Virus record (IMG/VR): IMGVR_UViG_3300030708_002798
Direction: 5' to 3' (one strand)
DNA: 64,000 nucleotides
Origin: a virus
Lineage: Duplodnaviria; Caudoviricetes
The notes under the pieces were generated by a model. It worked only from the letters and a program-made list of their open reading frames with translations. It was not told the origin of the DNA and did no database searches. Position 1 is the stretch's first letter. Each line of letters opens with the position of its first letter. The position numbers and the translations under genes are program-made. Below are positions 9,812 to 21,800 of the stretch, piece after piece.

Positions 9812-11614
9812 TTATTCGTGTGAAAAATTGATTCCCTCAAGAGTTACACCTTCTACGAAAGGAATATCATTATTTGCATATGGGTTATAAAGAATTCTTG
9901 GTTCTGAACCTCTCAATGAAAAAGAACTTCCCCAATAATTGGATTGAGTAAAATCTGGCTCAGTATCTCTCATTTCTGCTTTAACAGTTCCATGTTCTAA
10001 TAACCAATTTCTGGCATCAACTCTGGTTGCATCTGGATTCAATTCAAGGAATAATGCTACAACACCAGTTACATTTGGTGCTGCCATACTTGTTCCTTGT
10101 AAGTATTGATTATGGAAATTTGTATCTCTTGGATCATCGTATCCACTATAGTATGGAGATAAAATTTCACCACCTGCAGCAAATACATCAGTTCTTGGAC
10201 CCCTATTAGTATAATCATCTGCGGTTTCTTGACCACTTACATAATATTCTGATAAAGATCCAACACTAATTACAGCATCTGGATTTCCTTCATGTCCAAC
10301 TGCTGGTGTTCCACCTCGACACCAATAAGCATCATATCCAGAACTATAATAGAATGTACCAGATACAAACTCATTATCATAATCAGGACCACCTATAGTA
10401 TCTTGCTTGAATTTTGAATTACCAGCAGAACATATAAAAATTACATCTTGACAATCTGGATCATCTAGAAGTTCATCCATTGTAGTCTGACCACTTGTTC
10501 TTCTAGTAGTAAATTCAAAATAAGAACCATTTCTATCAAGATAATATATTGAATTATATGCTTCACCAAGATATTCATCTCCACCGTCAGTATAGGTGGT
10601 TCCTCTAAATGTTGCACTAGAAGATAAATCTTCTCTTACAAATTGTCTGTGACCCCAACTGCAATTTACGATTGTAGGATTCCTCTTTCCAGTTTCTGGA
10701 TTGATTGGTTTATTTTTATGCCATACACGAATGTAGTCAAATCCATCAGATGGTTCTGCCCAACCAACGTCAGAACGGTCTACACAAGCAATAGACCAAA
10801 TATTTGCTTCAAATGCTGCACCAAATTGATTGCCAGCAGCAGTTCCTCCAACGTGAGATCCATGGTATCTATTGGTAGGCATACTAGATCCTAATACTCT
10901 TGAAGTAGTATAGTTTGTGTATGGAGATGATCCTGGAGGAGTTAATCCTTCATCTGCCCATGTAAATCCATATTCTTCTGGACCATGTAGCAAAATATCT
11001 CTAACTCTAGTGCTATTCTTATCAACAAAAGTATCCACACCAGGTTTTAAGAATTCTGGATGATCCCAACGGACTCCAGTATCCATAATGACAACATCAA
11101 CATTCTTACCAGTTAGTTTATACTTAACATCTTGAGTTTCATTTACCTCAGATCCAAATGGATCAACTCGGTAACCATGTCGATGTAAACCCCACTGAGT
11201 GAAGTTTAATGTTGCACCTGGACTACCAGAAGCTCTTAAATTATTTACATCATATTTAAATCTAAATGCATCAGAATGATTATCAAATTCTTCATCAAGT
11301 TTTCTTTGCTCAAGGCAAGTTGGATTGTAGATAGAAGACTCTTCAACCCATGCAACTTTAGGATGCTGTTTTAAAACTTCTGCTTCTTCTACAGACATTT
11401 GATAAACAGATCTCTTCTCAGAGAATGGCATCTCTGCAGTACAATCTATTCTTCTATTTGGAATTCCATCAATCTCATTCTCGTTAATAATATAATCATG
11501 TATCTCCTGCCAATATGCAGGATGTTTAACTGCTACAGTAAAAGCTTGGGGTTCGTTATTAGGAATATCACTAATAACTACTACCCTTCCAGATTCTGCT
11601 ACTTCGGTATGCAT
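9812..11614 (-). CDS. subtilisin-family (S8) serine protease with N-terminal prodomain-like region
   Basis: VVIMDTG, HGSHVGG, SAGN and GTSMAAP motifs. Confidence 0.9.
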   Translation of the reverse strand: MHTEVAESGRVVVISDIPNNEPQAFTVAVKHPAYWQEIHDYIINENEIDGIPNRRIDCTAEMPFSEKRSVYQMSVEEAEVLKQHPKVAWVEESSIYNPTCLEQRKLDEEFDNHSDAFRFKYDVNNLRASGSPGATLNFTQWGLHRHGYRVDPFGSEVNETQDVKYKLTGKNVDVVIMDTGVRWDHPEFLKPGVDTFVDKNSTRVRDILLHGPEEYGFTWADEGLTPPGSSPYTNYTTSRVLGSSMPTNRYHGSHVGGTAAGNQFGAAFEANIWSIACVDRSDVGWAEPSDGFDYIRVWHKNKPINPETGKRNPTIVNCSWGHRQFVREDLSSSATFRGTTYTDGGDEYLGEAYNSIYYLDRNGSYFEFTTRRTSGQTTMDELLDDPDCQDVIFICSAGNSKFKQDTIGGPDYDNEFVSGTFYYSSGYDAYWCRGGTPAVGHEGNPDAVISVGSLSEYYVSGQETADDYTNRGPRTDVFAAGGEILSPYYSGYDDPRDTNFHNQYLQGTSMAAPNVTGVVALFLELNPDATRVDARNWLLEHGTVKAEMRDTEPDFTQSNYWGSSFSLRGSEPRILYNPYANNDIPFVEGVTLEGINFSHE

Positions 11615-14600
11615 TAGATCATTGTCTCCCTAGTGTATCTATAAGTAACAACTCCACTTACTCCAGTTTCTGGTGTCCACTCAAGTTCCACATTACCAGA
11701 CTTAACTGTTGCACCTACAGAAACTAAAAGGTCATTACTAGACATAATTCCATATTCTTGTGCGTATGCAGTTGTTCCGTCATCCATGACGAGAACTTTT
11801 TGTGACTGAATACCAGAAGAATGTTGGAAGAATAATGTATATTCTGCATTTACAAAGTCTGCAACAGCATAAGTGTTTGCTGTATATGCAACACCAGCAG
11901 TAGCAGTGAATGTTCCAGATCCAGTCTCAATACCATATACATCATTAACTTGAACTGATGTAATTGGATTGGTTGTACCTAGACCAACATGAGCTGCAGT
12001 GGTATGAATACCAGCATTTGTCTGCTCATTATTAAAGTATCCAGTACCAGTTCCACCTCCTCCACCACCTTGTGCAGCAGCAGGAGCCCAACTAGAACCA
12101 TTCCAAGTTAGAACATCATTGTTACTTGGTGTATCTGTGGTTACATTGGTTAGTTCACTTAATTCTGATCCAGTATCTAATAACTGTACCCAGTTACCTC
12201 CATGTGCAAAGAATCCATGACCTTCAGAATGAACGTGTGCAAATGCACCATGATAAGTTGAAGCACTTGGAAGATCACCAGTAGTACTGAATAGTGCAGG
12301 TAAGAGGTTCCCTGTGCTAGCACCTCTAACTTGACCAACAAATGTGGTGATACCACCAACATTTAGATCATCAGTGATATCGATACTTGATTCTGCTTCA
12401 ATATTATTAACAAAGGTAGAAACACCATTGATACGGAGACTACCTGTAATATTAATATTACCAGATCCGTTAATTGTTTTAGAATTCAGATCTAAATTAC
12501 CACCAAGTTGTGGAGTTTCATCTTCAATAATATCGGAGTTAGATCCTGCAGTAATTGTACAAATACCACCAGAAAGTGCAGATACTGTTAGATTAGATCC
12601 AAAGTTGACAGTAGCAGCAGTACCAACAGCAGAATCATTATCTCTGACTTCAATACCAGATCCAACCGCAGTAATACCAGTTAGTCCAGAACCATCACCA
12701 ACAAATGACGATGCAGTAACACTACCCGCAGAACGATCAAGTGTGATGTTGCTACCGACTACAAAGTTACCCTCATCAACTCTGACAGTACCACTTCCAC
12801 CACCACCTTTTAGTGAGACACCTGAAGAAGAAGCAGAACCACCATCAATAGTCAGTCCATCACCATTTCCAAGGAAAATATTTGGTCGTGATGTTTGCTC
12901 ACCACCACCAATGAGGTACATAGATCCCGCGAGAGAACTAAGTTTTCCAGTAGAAGAGAATGAGAATGCATCTTGAATATGAACTCTACGATTAGTTGCT
13001 GCATCAATATCAACATCTTCACCAGAAGAACTGGTAATTAGTCCAACGTAAAGGGTAGTTGTAGTTGTAACACCAGAGACATCAAGTCCTCCAGTAATAT
13101 CAACACCACTTATTACTGTTTCAAATTTCTTAGAATCATCATAATATAGTTCTACAGAACCATCACCATTGAAGACTGCCATGTCTTCATTGGTATATTT
13201 TTGAATCTTGACTGTTGGATTTGCTCTAATCTCAATACCACCATCTCCAACATCATCAATTCTACTTACTGATCCACTATGATAGATGCGTAAATCATTA
13301 CCTGCACCAAGTTGAATTTCATCACTATCACCAAGATTGATATTAGATTGGAAATTGACTTCTCCCTGATGTGTAGTTACACCAGAAATAATCTGACCAG
13401 TCGCACTAATAATACCAACGTTTGATAGTTGACCAGTAGATGGATTATATTGTAACTTCTGTCCTAAATCGTATCTATTATAAGTATGCCCACCTTGAGT
13501 TGGATCAAGGAACATTGCGATTGTATAATCGTCACTGTTACTTACACCAGCAGTATAAACTTTATGCTGACCTATTAGATCACCATCAAAACTAGTTGCA
13601 GTTACAACACCAGTAACATCAATACCTTCATTATCAATCGTTACTGCTGTTCCTACCTTAACTAGATCATTATCACCATCTAGTGTAATGCTAGAGGAAC
13701 CAACCGTCAGAATTCCAGTGATTCTTGCATCACCATTAACCCACAGTTGTGTACCAGCAGCACCTACAGCACCAATTTCTGTTTGGAATCTTGGATTAGT
13801 TGTACCTAGACCAACTACAGTTGCTACTGTATGAATACCTGCAATAGATTGATCATCATTAAAGAAACCACCAGTACCACCTTGCTGACCAGTGATTGTA
13901 GTAATACCACCAGAAGTTGTTAGGGTGATGAAATCACCTGCTTTAATAAGTGTGGTGATACCAGTTAGATTTCCACCATCACCTGCAAATTCTGTTGCAG
14001 TGACGACACCTGTTAGATTTATATTACCTGTGCCAAAAATATCATTACCTAAAACTTCTAAGTTGCCACCTAACTGTGGTGATGGGTCAGAGATAACGTC
14101 TGATAGACCACCAGAGTCGATGTGTACGGTAACTAGACCTGCTTTACCATCAAGAGTAACACCAAGACCAACAAAGTCAAAAATAGTTATTTGACTAGGA
14201 GTACCACTAGCAACACCTGCTTTTCTTGCTGTAATACCTGTAATACCAGTATTGCCAGTTCCTACAGTATTTTGACCATGAGCAATAATTTCAATCTCTT
14301 CATCACCAAATGCTGCTGCAAATAATGTGATAGATCCACCACCAGTATCGATAGAATAATCACCTACTGTTTGCTTAACACCATCAATGTAGACACTGGT
14401 GTTATCTTGAGATGAAAGTACGAAATCTGGGAAAGTACCTGATGCAGGAACTCTTGTCTGTGATGCTGCAAGTGAATATCTAACGACTTGTCTAGCAACT
14501 GGAAAAGATTCCCATTCCCATCCATCACCAGTGGATTTTAAATATTGATTGGCAATACCACTGGTTCCAGCAATACCTGCATTAATTAGAGCACCACCAA

Positions 14601-14742
14601 GTTTAGAATCACCACGAACTTCTAATGGAAACTCTGGTTTGGCAGTATTAATACCAACTCGGTTAAGATTATCGTCTGCGTAAAGTAGCTCTTCTGCAAC
14701 TTCAAGACCATTACGAACAACGAAATTCTTGTTAATACCCAT
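11614..14742 (-). CDS. tail fibre-like protein
   Basis: 1042 aa, KNFVVRNGL start, VGINT/VGLGTTNP and PQLGGNL repeats. Confidence 0.75.
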   Translation of the reverse strand: MGINKNFVVRNGLEVAEELLYADDNLNRVGINTAKPEFPLEVRGDSKLGGALINAGIAGTSGIANQYLKSTGDGWEWESFPVARQVVRYSLAASQTRVPASGTFPDFVLSSQDNTSVYIDGVKQTVGDYSIDTGGGSITLFAAAFGDEEIEIIAHGQNTVGTGNTGITGITARKAGVASGTPSQITIFDFVGLGVTLDGKAGLVTVHIDSGGLSDVISDPSPQLGGNLEVLGNDIFGTGNINLTGVVTATEFAGDGGNLTGITTLIKAGDFITLTTSGGITTITGQQGGTGGFFNDDQSIAGIHTVATVVGLGTTNPRFQTEIGAVGAAGTQLWVNGDARITGILTVGSSSITLDGDNDLVKVGTAVTIDNEGIDVTGVVTATSFDGDLIGQHKVYTAGVSNSDDYTIAMFLDPTQGGHTYNRYDLGQKLQYNPSTGQLSNVGIISATGQIISGVTTHQGEVNFQSNINLGDSDEIQLGAGNDLRIYHSGSVSRIDDVGDGGIEIRANPTVKIQKYTNEDMAVFNGDGSVELYYDDSKKFETVISGVDITGGLDVSGVTTTTTLYVGLITSSSGEDVDIDAATNRRVHIQDAFSFSSTGKLSSLAGSMYLIGGGEQTSRPNIFLGNGDGLTIDGGSASSSGVSLKGGGGSGTVRVDEGNFVVGSNITLDRSAGSVTASSFVGDGSGLTGITAVGSGIEVRDNDSAVGTAATVNFGSNLTVSALSGGICTITAGSNSDIIEDETPQLGGNLDLNSKTINGSGNINITGSLRINGVSTFVNNIEAESSIDITDDLNVGGITTFVGQVRGASTGNLLPALFSTTGDLPSASTYHGAFAHVHSEGHGFFAHGGNWVQLLDTGSELSELTNVTTDTPSNNDVLTWNGSSWAPAAAQGGGGGGTGTGYFNNEQTNAGIHTTAAHVGLGTTNPITSVQVNDVYGIETGSGTFTATAGVAYTANTYAVADFVNAEYTLFFQHSSGIQSQKVLVMDDGTTAYAQEYGIMSSNDLLVSVGATVKSGNVELEWTPETGVSGVVTYRYTRETMI

Positions 14743-14804
14743 TTGTTCTCCTGAGGTTCACTATCCCCTCATATTTTTACTACCTATATTTATTCGGGTA
14801 AAAA

Positions 14805-17800
14805 TTAGAACTGATTTGGGAAATTATTACCGCAGTTATCTTTCAAGTTGTAATTTGATCTACTATGATCTCGATCGATCTTACTTCTCAAATTACTCAA
14901 GTTTGGATAATTGGATGGTTGATTTTTGAATAGATTATAATAATTTGTCATCTCATTACCTGTTGGTGGTCTACCTTTATATTGCCAGAATGCACCACCA
15001 ATAGTATTAATTACGTCTCTCTTAGAAGGTGTTGGGTATGAAATAGTCCATTCAATCCTTGCTTTTCCATCAGCACCTCTACCCCCAGATTCACCGTCTT
15101 CACCACCAGATCCTCCACCACCATTAGCACTACCATCAGCACCAGATTGTCCACCTCTCTTGCAATTATTACCACTACATCCACCACCTAGAGTAGATCC
15201 TTGACCTCTTCCTCCACTTTCACCACCACCACAATCACCACCGTTTTGACATTGACCACCAGTAACTCTTCCAGCACCACCACCATGGCCACCTTCATCT
15301 CTTCGACGACCTCCGCCGCCACCACCGTCTCCAGTTCTTAAACCACTTACACCAGAGCCACTACCGTCTCCGCCTCCACCACCTTCGGATTCATCACCTT
15401 TTTTACCACCAGATGCATCAACATTTTTGCCATGACCAGAAATTCTAGTTCTTCCTCCATCATCACCAGATCCACCCGATCCTCTATCAGTATTAGATCC
15501 ATTACCACCACGACCTACTGAAATTTCATATCTCTGACCAGCAGAACAAGAGAAATTACCCATAGCAGCACCTCCGCCGCCACCACCACCAGCTCCACCA
15601 TCAGGACCTCTTCTTCCTCTATTCTTACCAGCACCTCCGCCAGCACCAATTACTTTACCAGTAAATGAAGAAACACCACCAGGTACTGTCCATTCATGAT
15701 TTCCTGCACTGAAAGTTTGACTATTTGATTGATTATTTCCTGATCTAGAAATTCTTCCAGATCCAGAATTAAATCTACGACAAAGCATAGAATTTACACC
15801 ATTACCAACACCTCTTCTCCTATCAATAGTACAACCATCTAGAGATAAAGTATTATTTTCAACAGTACAATTTAGAGTTCTTACTCTACATGTATCTGAT
15901 ACTCTATTAGATCCACTACCAATACGTAATGAACCATCAACTGCAGTATTAAAATTACTAGATGCTCTGATTGTTATTCTTAAAGAATTGCCACTAGTTC
16001 CGTTCTGAACAGTTTTACTTGTAGTTCCATCAGAGAAAGTAGAATTAACAGCAGTTGCAGTAACAGTTACTCCAGGTGACAGGCCAGTTAATCTAGTTGA
16101 ATTACCCCATCTTGGTGTAGCATTATGCGTTGAGTTTCTATCAACACCAGTAATGTTATCAGGATTTAATGTAAAATTATCACATCTCACGTCATCAGTA
16201 GCAGTAACAGTGACACTAGAACTCCGAGTTATTCCTTCAGTATCTTCTACAGTAATACCATAAGTAGTTGATCCTCTTGCTGGAGTTATTGTAGTACTTC
16301 CATTTAAATTATTTCTACCAACACTAAATCCAGAACCACTAGTTGATTTGACAAAGCTTGCAAAACTAGATTCCCACGTAAGAGTAATTGATTGACCTGT
16401 AGTAATACTCGTTGAAGATGCTGTTAGTCTAATAAATGGATCTAGATTAATTGTATGAGTTGCTGATGCTGTCGCAGGATTTTGACCAGCACCAATAGCA
16501 GTTACAGTGAATGACTGATTATCAGTTTGTAAATTATTTACTCTAACACTACCATTTTGTTGGTTTCCTGTAGATAAATCATTTGATTCTACACGAATAG
16601 CATTATTAGATTTGAAGAAGAATGTAACATTGTCTCCTTTTGCTTTTGATGTAGTGTTGGAACAAGTAGCAGTATTTGAAGTACACAACGATACTGTTGG
16701 ATTTGGTGGAGTACCTGTAATGACAGAAACTGTTCTCGTTACAGATCCTGTAGAATTACTGACAGTCATACTAAATTCCCGAGTACCTGTCTGTAAGTTT
16801 GAAACTACTTGAGATCCATTTCTTACACCACTGGTAAGAGTATTAACAGGAATTGTTGTGACACCAAAGTTTGTAGTAACGGAAGACTGTGTTACATTAT
16901 TATATTCATACCGCAATGTTGCAGTACCACCATCAGGGAAAACAAATGGTACATTTCTATTTGCAGCATCAAGAGTTAAAGTTGGTAGTGGTGGTGCCTT
17001 AGGACCCACTGTCCAATCAGCTTGTCTTGACGTATTATATGAAGATGATAATGTAACCGTTGTTGTTCTCGTTTGATCAAAATATGGAACAACCATTCTA
17101 ACTTGAATTTCATCACCAATTTGAATATTACTTAGTGATGTCCCTTGATCATTTGTTCTTAGATTTTTTAGTGTTGAGTTTGCATTTGATGTACTACATG
17201 ACATACCACAGTCAAAATCAAATCCTGTTGCAATAAATGTGGTTGTAGCAGTTACGCCAGGATTATAGTTACTTGCAGGATTAGTATCTTTGGTTATATT
17301 TGTTAGTGAGAATGCTGTAATATTACAAAATCTTTGTGCAGAAGTTACGTTCCATGTATCAGAAGCAGAACCAGCAACTCCGTTAAGATTGGATGAAGTA
17401 TCTGTACCAGCAATGGTGAATGTTGCAGAAACTGCACCTAAAGAGTCTGCTGATGCTCTAAGTCTTAATTGTATTTGATCACCTAATCTTACAAATCTAG
17501 ATGCATTACCCCAATCATGAACTACACTTCCACCTCTTGTTACTTTGAATTCTGCATTTACACCAGATGCTGAAGAAATAGTTGCTTCACCTTCATCACC
17601 TTCACCAGTCATACCAGCAAGAGTAATTACATTACTGGTAATTATTGATTGACGTTGAATGCCCTGACCACTTTGATCGTTAAATGTAAAACCAGTTGGA
17701 ATAGTATCAATTGGTCTAGGTCTATTTGTTACTGAATATGTGTCAGACTGGTTTGAAATCGTTACTAGTGCATTTACAGTAGATTCTTCTCCAGATACTA

Positions 17801-18812
17801 GAGCACCAGTTCGGGAATTTGCACCAGAATATGCTGAAGATGATGTTACTCGTATATCAATTTCATCACCGTTATTAACGAAACCATTAGCACTAGTGAA
17901 GTCTTGAACTACACCACCACCCCTGGTAATTCTATACTCACCATTTGTAACACTAATTGGTAGTGGGTTGTTGCCTCCGACGTTATCATCAGCACCACTA
18001 ACAGTAATCTTATTACTGATATTTACTGAACTAGGTTCTACATTAGTTACATCCGTAAATGAGAATGCGTCAATAGTTGTATCTGCTAGTCGAGTTTTTA
18101 CTTCCCAAGTAGCTTGGAATACACCCATTTGAACTATAGCAGTAACACTAGTATTGTAAAAATTACTTGTGCTAACTCTTAGTTGTAATGTATCACCATC
18201 AAAAATCTTTCCTGTTGGCGCAAAAGGACCACCGTTGATGCTTAATTCACCAGCACCAACCATAAAAACATCAACACCAATAACATCGTCAATACCAGTG
18301 ACTGTTTGAACATCACTGTTTGTTAAGGTGTTAATTTCTAAGTTTGTTAAATCGTTAAAATCAAATGGATCAGGATCATCATCAAGAAGTTGAGTTCTTA
18401 CGAACCAACCAACAGCATCTCTTGTTCCAATTTTAATATCTGTCGGATAAGTTTTATTAAATGCTGAACGACCAATAACAGCTGCCGCATCAGTCGTGAT
18501 CTCTAATTCAATCTTATCTTTATTTCTAATAAGAATTGGATTATTGGCATCATTTCCTGGCAAGAAATCACCAGGAGTTCCATAAGTATCAGTATCTTCT
18601 TGATAAGGAGTAACCCTAACCGATGCTGCAGATCCTACAGCAGTTACAAGAGCTTTGTAGTTAATACCTGTAATTGTTGCTGGTGCAGATGTTGCAGCAA
18701 CACCAGGAAAAACTTCAACAACTTCTGTGAAATTAAATTCATCTGGAAATTCGTCAAGATTGCCTCTCCAGGCAATCTGTGAACCAGGACCCTGAGCACC
18801 GATTAAAGGCAT
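14805..18812 (-). CDS. large virion protein with Ig-like repeats and glycine-rich C-terminal domain
   Basis: 1335 aa; repeated DxxPDxFxFxD units; WTVPGGV..GAGGG glycine-rich domain. Confidence 0.7.
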   Translation of the reverse strand: MPLIGAQGPGSQIAWRGNLDEFPDEFNFTEVVEVFPGVAATSAPATITGINYKALVTAVGSAASVRVTPYQEDTDTYGTPGDFLPGNDANNPILIRNKDKIELEITTDAAAVIGRSAFNKTYPTDIKIGTRDAVGWFVRTQLLDDDPDPFDFNDLTNLEINTLTNSDVQTVTGIDDVIGVDVFMVGAGELSINGGPFAPTGKIFDGDTLQLRVSTSNFYNTSVTAIVQMGVFQATWEVKTRLADTTIDAFSFTDVTNVEPSSVNISNKITVSGADDNVGGNNPLPISVTNGEYRITRGGGVVQDFTSANGFVNNGDEIDIRVTSSSAYSGANSRTGALVSGEESTVNALVTISNQSDTYSVTNRPRPIDTIPTGFTFNDQSGQGIQRQSIITSNVITLAGMTGEGDEGEATISSASGVNAEFKVTRGGSVVHDWGNASRFVRLGDQIQLRLRASADSLGAVSATFTIAGTDTSSNLNGVAGSASDTWNVTSAQRFCNITAFSLTNITKDTNPASNYNPGVTATTTFIATGFDFDCGMSCSTSNANSTLKNLRTNDQGTSLSNIQIGDEIQVRMVVPYFDQTRTTTVTLSSSYNTSRQADWTVGPKAPPLPTLTLDAANRNVPFVFPDGGTATLRYEYNNVTQSSVTTNFGVTTIPVNTLTSGVRNGSQVVSNLQTGTREFSMTVSNSTGSVTRTVSVITGTPPNPTVSLCTSNTATCSNTTSKAKGDNVTFFFKSNNAIRVESNDLSTGNQQNGSVRVNNLQTDNQSFTVTAIGAGQNPATASATHTINLDPFIRLTASSTSITTGQSITLTWESSFASFVKSTSGSGFSVGRNNLNGSTTITPARGSTTYGITVEDTEGITRSSSVTVTATDDVRCDNFTLNPDNITGVDRNSTHNATPRWGNSTRLTGLSPGVTVTATAVNSTFSDGTTSKTVQNGTSGNSLRITIRASSNFNTAVDGSLRIGSGSNRVSDTCRVRTLNCTVENNTLSLDGCTIDRRRGVGNGVNSMLCRRFNSGSGRISRSGNNQSNSQTFSAGNHEWTVPGGVSSFTGKVIGAGGGAGKNRGRRGPDGGAGGGGGGGAAMGNFSCSAGQRYEISVGRGGNGSNTDRGSGGSGDDGGRTRISGHGKNVDASGGKKGDESEGGGGGDGSGSGVSGLRTGDGGGGGGRRRDEGGHGGGAGRVTGGQCQNGGDCGGGESGGRGQGSTLGGGCSGNNCKRGGQSGADGSANGGGGSGGEDGESGGRGADGKARIEWTISYPTPSKRDVINTIGGAFWQYKGRPPTGNEMTNYYNLFKNQPSNYPNLSNLRSKIDRDHSRSNYNLKDNCGNNFPNQF

Positions 18813-18832
18813 TTATTAGTCTCCCCCAAATA

Positions 18833-21800
18833 TTATTGATACTGTGACTGAGAATATAGAACGTCGAAATCATCGATTGGATTTCCTGTGTCGTTCTTGC
18901 GGACTATAACATATGTATATAGATCCAAACTATTGGGATTTCCCTTATTTATAGTCAGAGAACCATAATATCTTGGAGAAACTCTCACATCATCAATATA
19001 AACTTCATTGTTATAATAAGCAGTTGGACCTTGCTTAGTAGTGATTGCAACTGTGATTGATTCTGCCAGTGTTAAGAAGTCAGTTAATGCAGTACCAACG
19101 TTTGCTCTCATATTAACTGCCCAGTTAGCAGAAGCATCCTGAGTATAATAGTAGATTGAAGAAGCATCAAGATCTAAGTTTGCCATTGTTGCACCAACAC
19201 CACCAAGGTTAATAGTGCTATTGAGTGTGGTGTTTTCAATAATTTCAAACACCTTCATGGTTCCCATGATCTCTGCATTGCCCTGAACATACATTGCAAC
19301 GTCTGGTTTGGAACTATTGGTTGTACCGAAACCTACATTACGGGAAGTATGAATACCTGTTGCATCGATTGCCCAGATATCGGACACATCAGTTAGACCT
19401 GAACCATCACCAGTAAATGTACCAATGAAGTATCCATTAATTTCAAATACATCTTTCTTATTAGAGATTGCACCCCAAGGATACCAATCGTTGTCGGTTG
19501 TATAGCACCAACCAGCATTCTGACCTTTGAATGGGTTACCGTTAAAGATAATGTCACCTGGGTTACCTGCACCCACACCTGTCAGTTCAATAGCAGATGT
19601 TGGTTGTGTAACACCTACAGTATACTTTCTAGATACAGTCTCTTCACCTTGTAGGAATAGATCAGGTGTCTCAACACCTTTATTAGAAGTAACAGTTAGT
19701 TTGTTGTTGAGAATAACTGGACCATCAAATTGTGAGATAGTTGTCTTATCTTCACCACCATCAACTCTAATAGCATCTGATAGATTAATTTCGGATGCCT
19801 TGACTACATTGAAACCAAGTTTTGTATTTGGTACAGACTTGGATTCTCCTCTATATCTTGGACGTGGAGTGGAGAATACTTCTTCTTCACCTGCAGTAGT
19901 GATAACTCTCTTGTTAGAGATATAGAAATCACCATCACTATTCATGCCAGTGTAAACAACAAATCCACCTTCTTCCTGGAATGACTGAGATAGAACTTCT
20001 TCTGCTGCACTAATTTGACGATCTTGACGATCGGGGAATGCAGATGAGTAGTTACCAGGTCCATAACCTAGATATTCAAATGTATGTCCAGATGCACGGA
20101 TAATGGAGTGTCTTCTGAATTCAATTGGTTTAGCAATGATTCTTCTGAAGACTGTATTGATTAGGTGAGATGATGCTTCTGTTCCTAGGAGACCACGATA
20201 AACAATAACTGGATTACCAGTTACAGTTTGTTTAACTCTCATAATCTCATCATCAACTACGATATAATCACCAATAGTTAGATCTAGATCATCTAGATCA
20301 GTGATGTTAATCTGATCATCGGTTTTAGTAACTGCCGAAGCAAGTTCACCTTGAAGATTGCCGTATTGATAAGAAATTCTGCTGCTAAAGCTTTCATCAC
20401 CTGTAGTAATGTCTCCACCTTTTGCGGAGAGACCAGACTGATAAACATAAGGTGAACCACCTGCAAGAATGTCCTCAGTAGCAACACCAACATTAACAGT
20501 TAGTTGATCTAGGTTATTGGCATCAACTTTAGTAACTAGATATCCACCATTGAATACGGAACTTACTCCAGTATAACCACCTATGAATACTTTCTCATTT
20601 ACCTGCAATCCGTGTCTAGAACTTAATGTTAGTGTACTAATACCAGTAGCAGGTGTAAAGTTAGTAGCATTAATCAACCAGGTCTGACCATCGACAGTGG
20701 CATGTGCAAGATCAGCATTTCTAATGCCAATACCAATTTCAGTAGATCCTAATCCAACTGGTGCTGATGATACAACATCAAATTGTTTTGTTTGTCCTAC
20801 ATTAATATCAGTAATTCTATAGGTTTGATTATATTCTTTATAAAGATCACTAACTCTATCAATACTAACAGCATCACCTAGGTTACTATAAACTTTAGTA
20901 ACTCTGACTGTACCAGCAACATGACCAGAGGAAGAAGTGGCAATACCAACAACAGATAGAGTATTACCTACACCATAAGCAGAACCACCGTCAATGATTT
21001 CAACACTAACCATAGTTCCTGCAGAAGAAACTTGAACTCTTGCAGTTGCATGATCACCAGTTGTGGAATTTGCATATCCAACCAATTCTGCATTGTATAG
21101 GTTTTCAGTAACACCAATACCAGAACCATAGTTTACACCAGGATCTGTAATTTCAACTTCAACAATTCTATTGAGACCATGATCTTCGTCTGTGAAGATT
21201 GTATGTCTTTCATTATTAACATCATCAGTTAGGATATCAGTAACACCAAAACCTACACCATGATCAATTTGGTTTGCAATAATAGTCTCTTTTGTAAGAC
21301 TCTTCTCTGGATCATTAATTACAACCTTACCAATAGGATCTGCAACAGCATAAGATCTTGCAGCATCTGGGTCAGAGTTTGGATTATCTCTGTCATATTC
21401 AGGATAGAGATTATCTAGTGGTTGTAGTAGTTTTACGTTTGTGAATGGTGAAACTGATGGTTTGTTGGAAGAATTGATAACAGTAACATGATAAACACCA
21501 TCTTGCTCGTTCTGAACATATGGTTGAATTTCATCAGATTTGTATACAACAAATGTTCCACCATGCTTTTTCTTCTTAAGTTTTGGTAGATCCTGATTAC
21601 GAGTATCAGTATCACTAGTAAAGTCACCAGGATTTGACTTAATATCAACTTTAAATTCTTTTCTACTTACAATAGAATCGACGGTAAATGTGCCATTGAA
21701 ACCTCTATTTGCCGTGCCTGTAGTATTGAGTCCACTATAAACATCAGTAATTTCGACTTGAGAACCAACAGTTAGACTGTGTGGTAGTTCTGTTCTAAAA

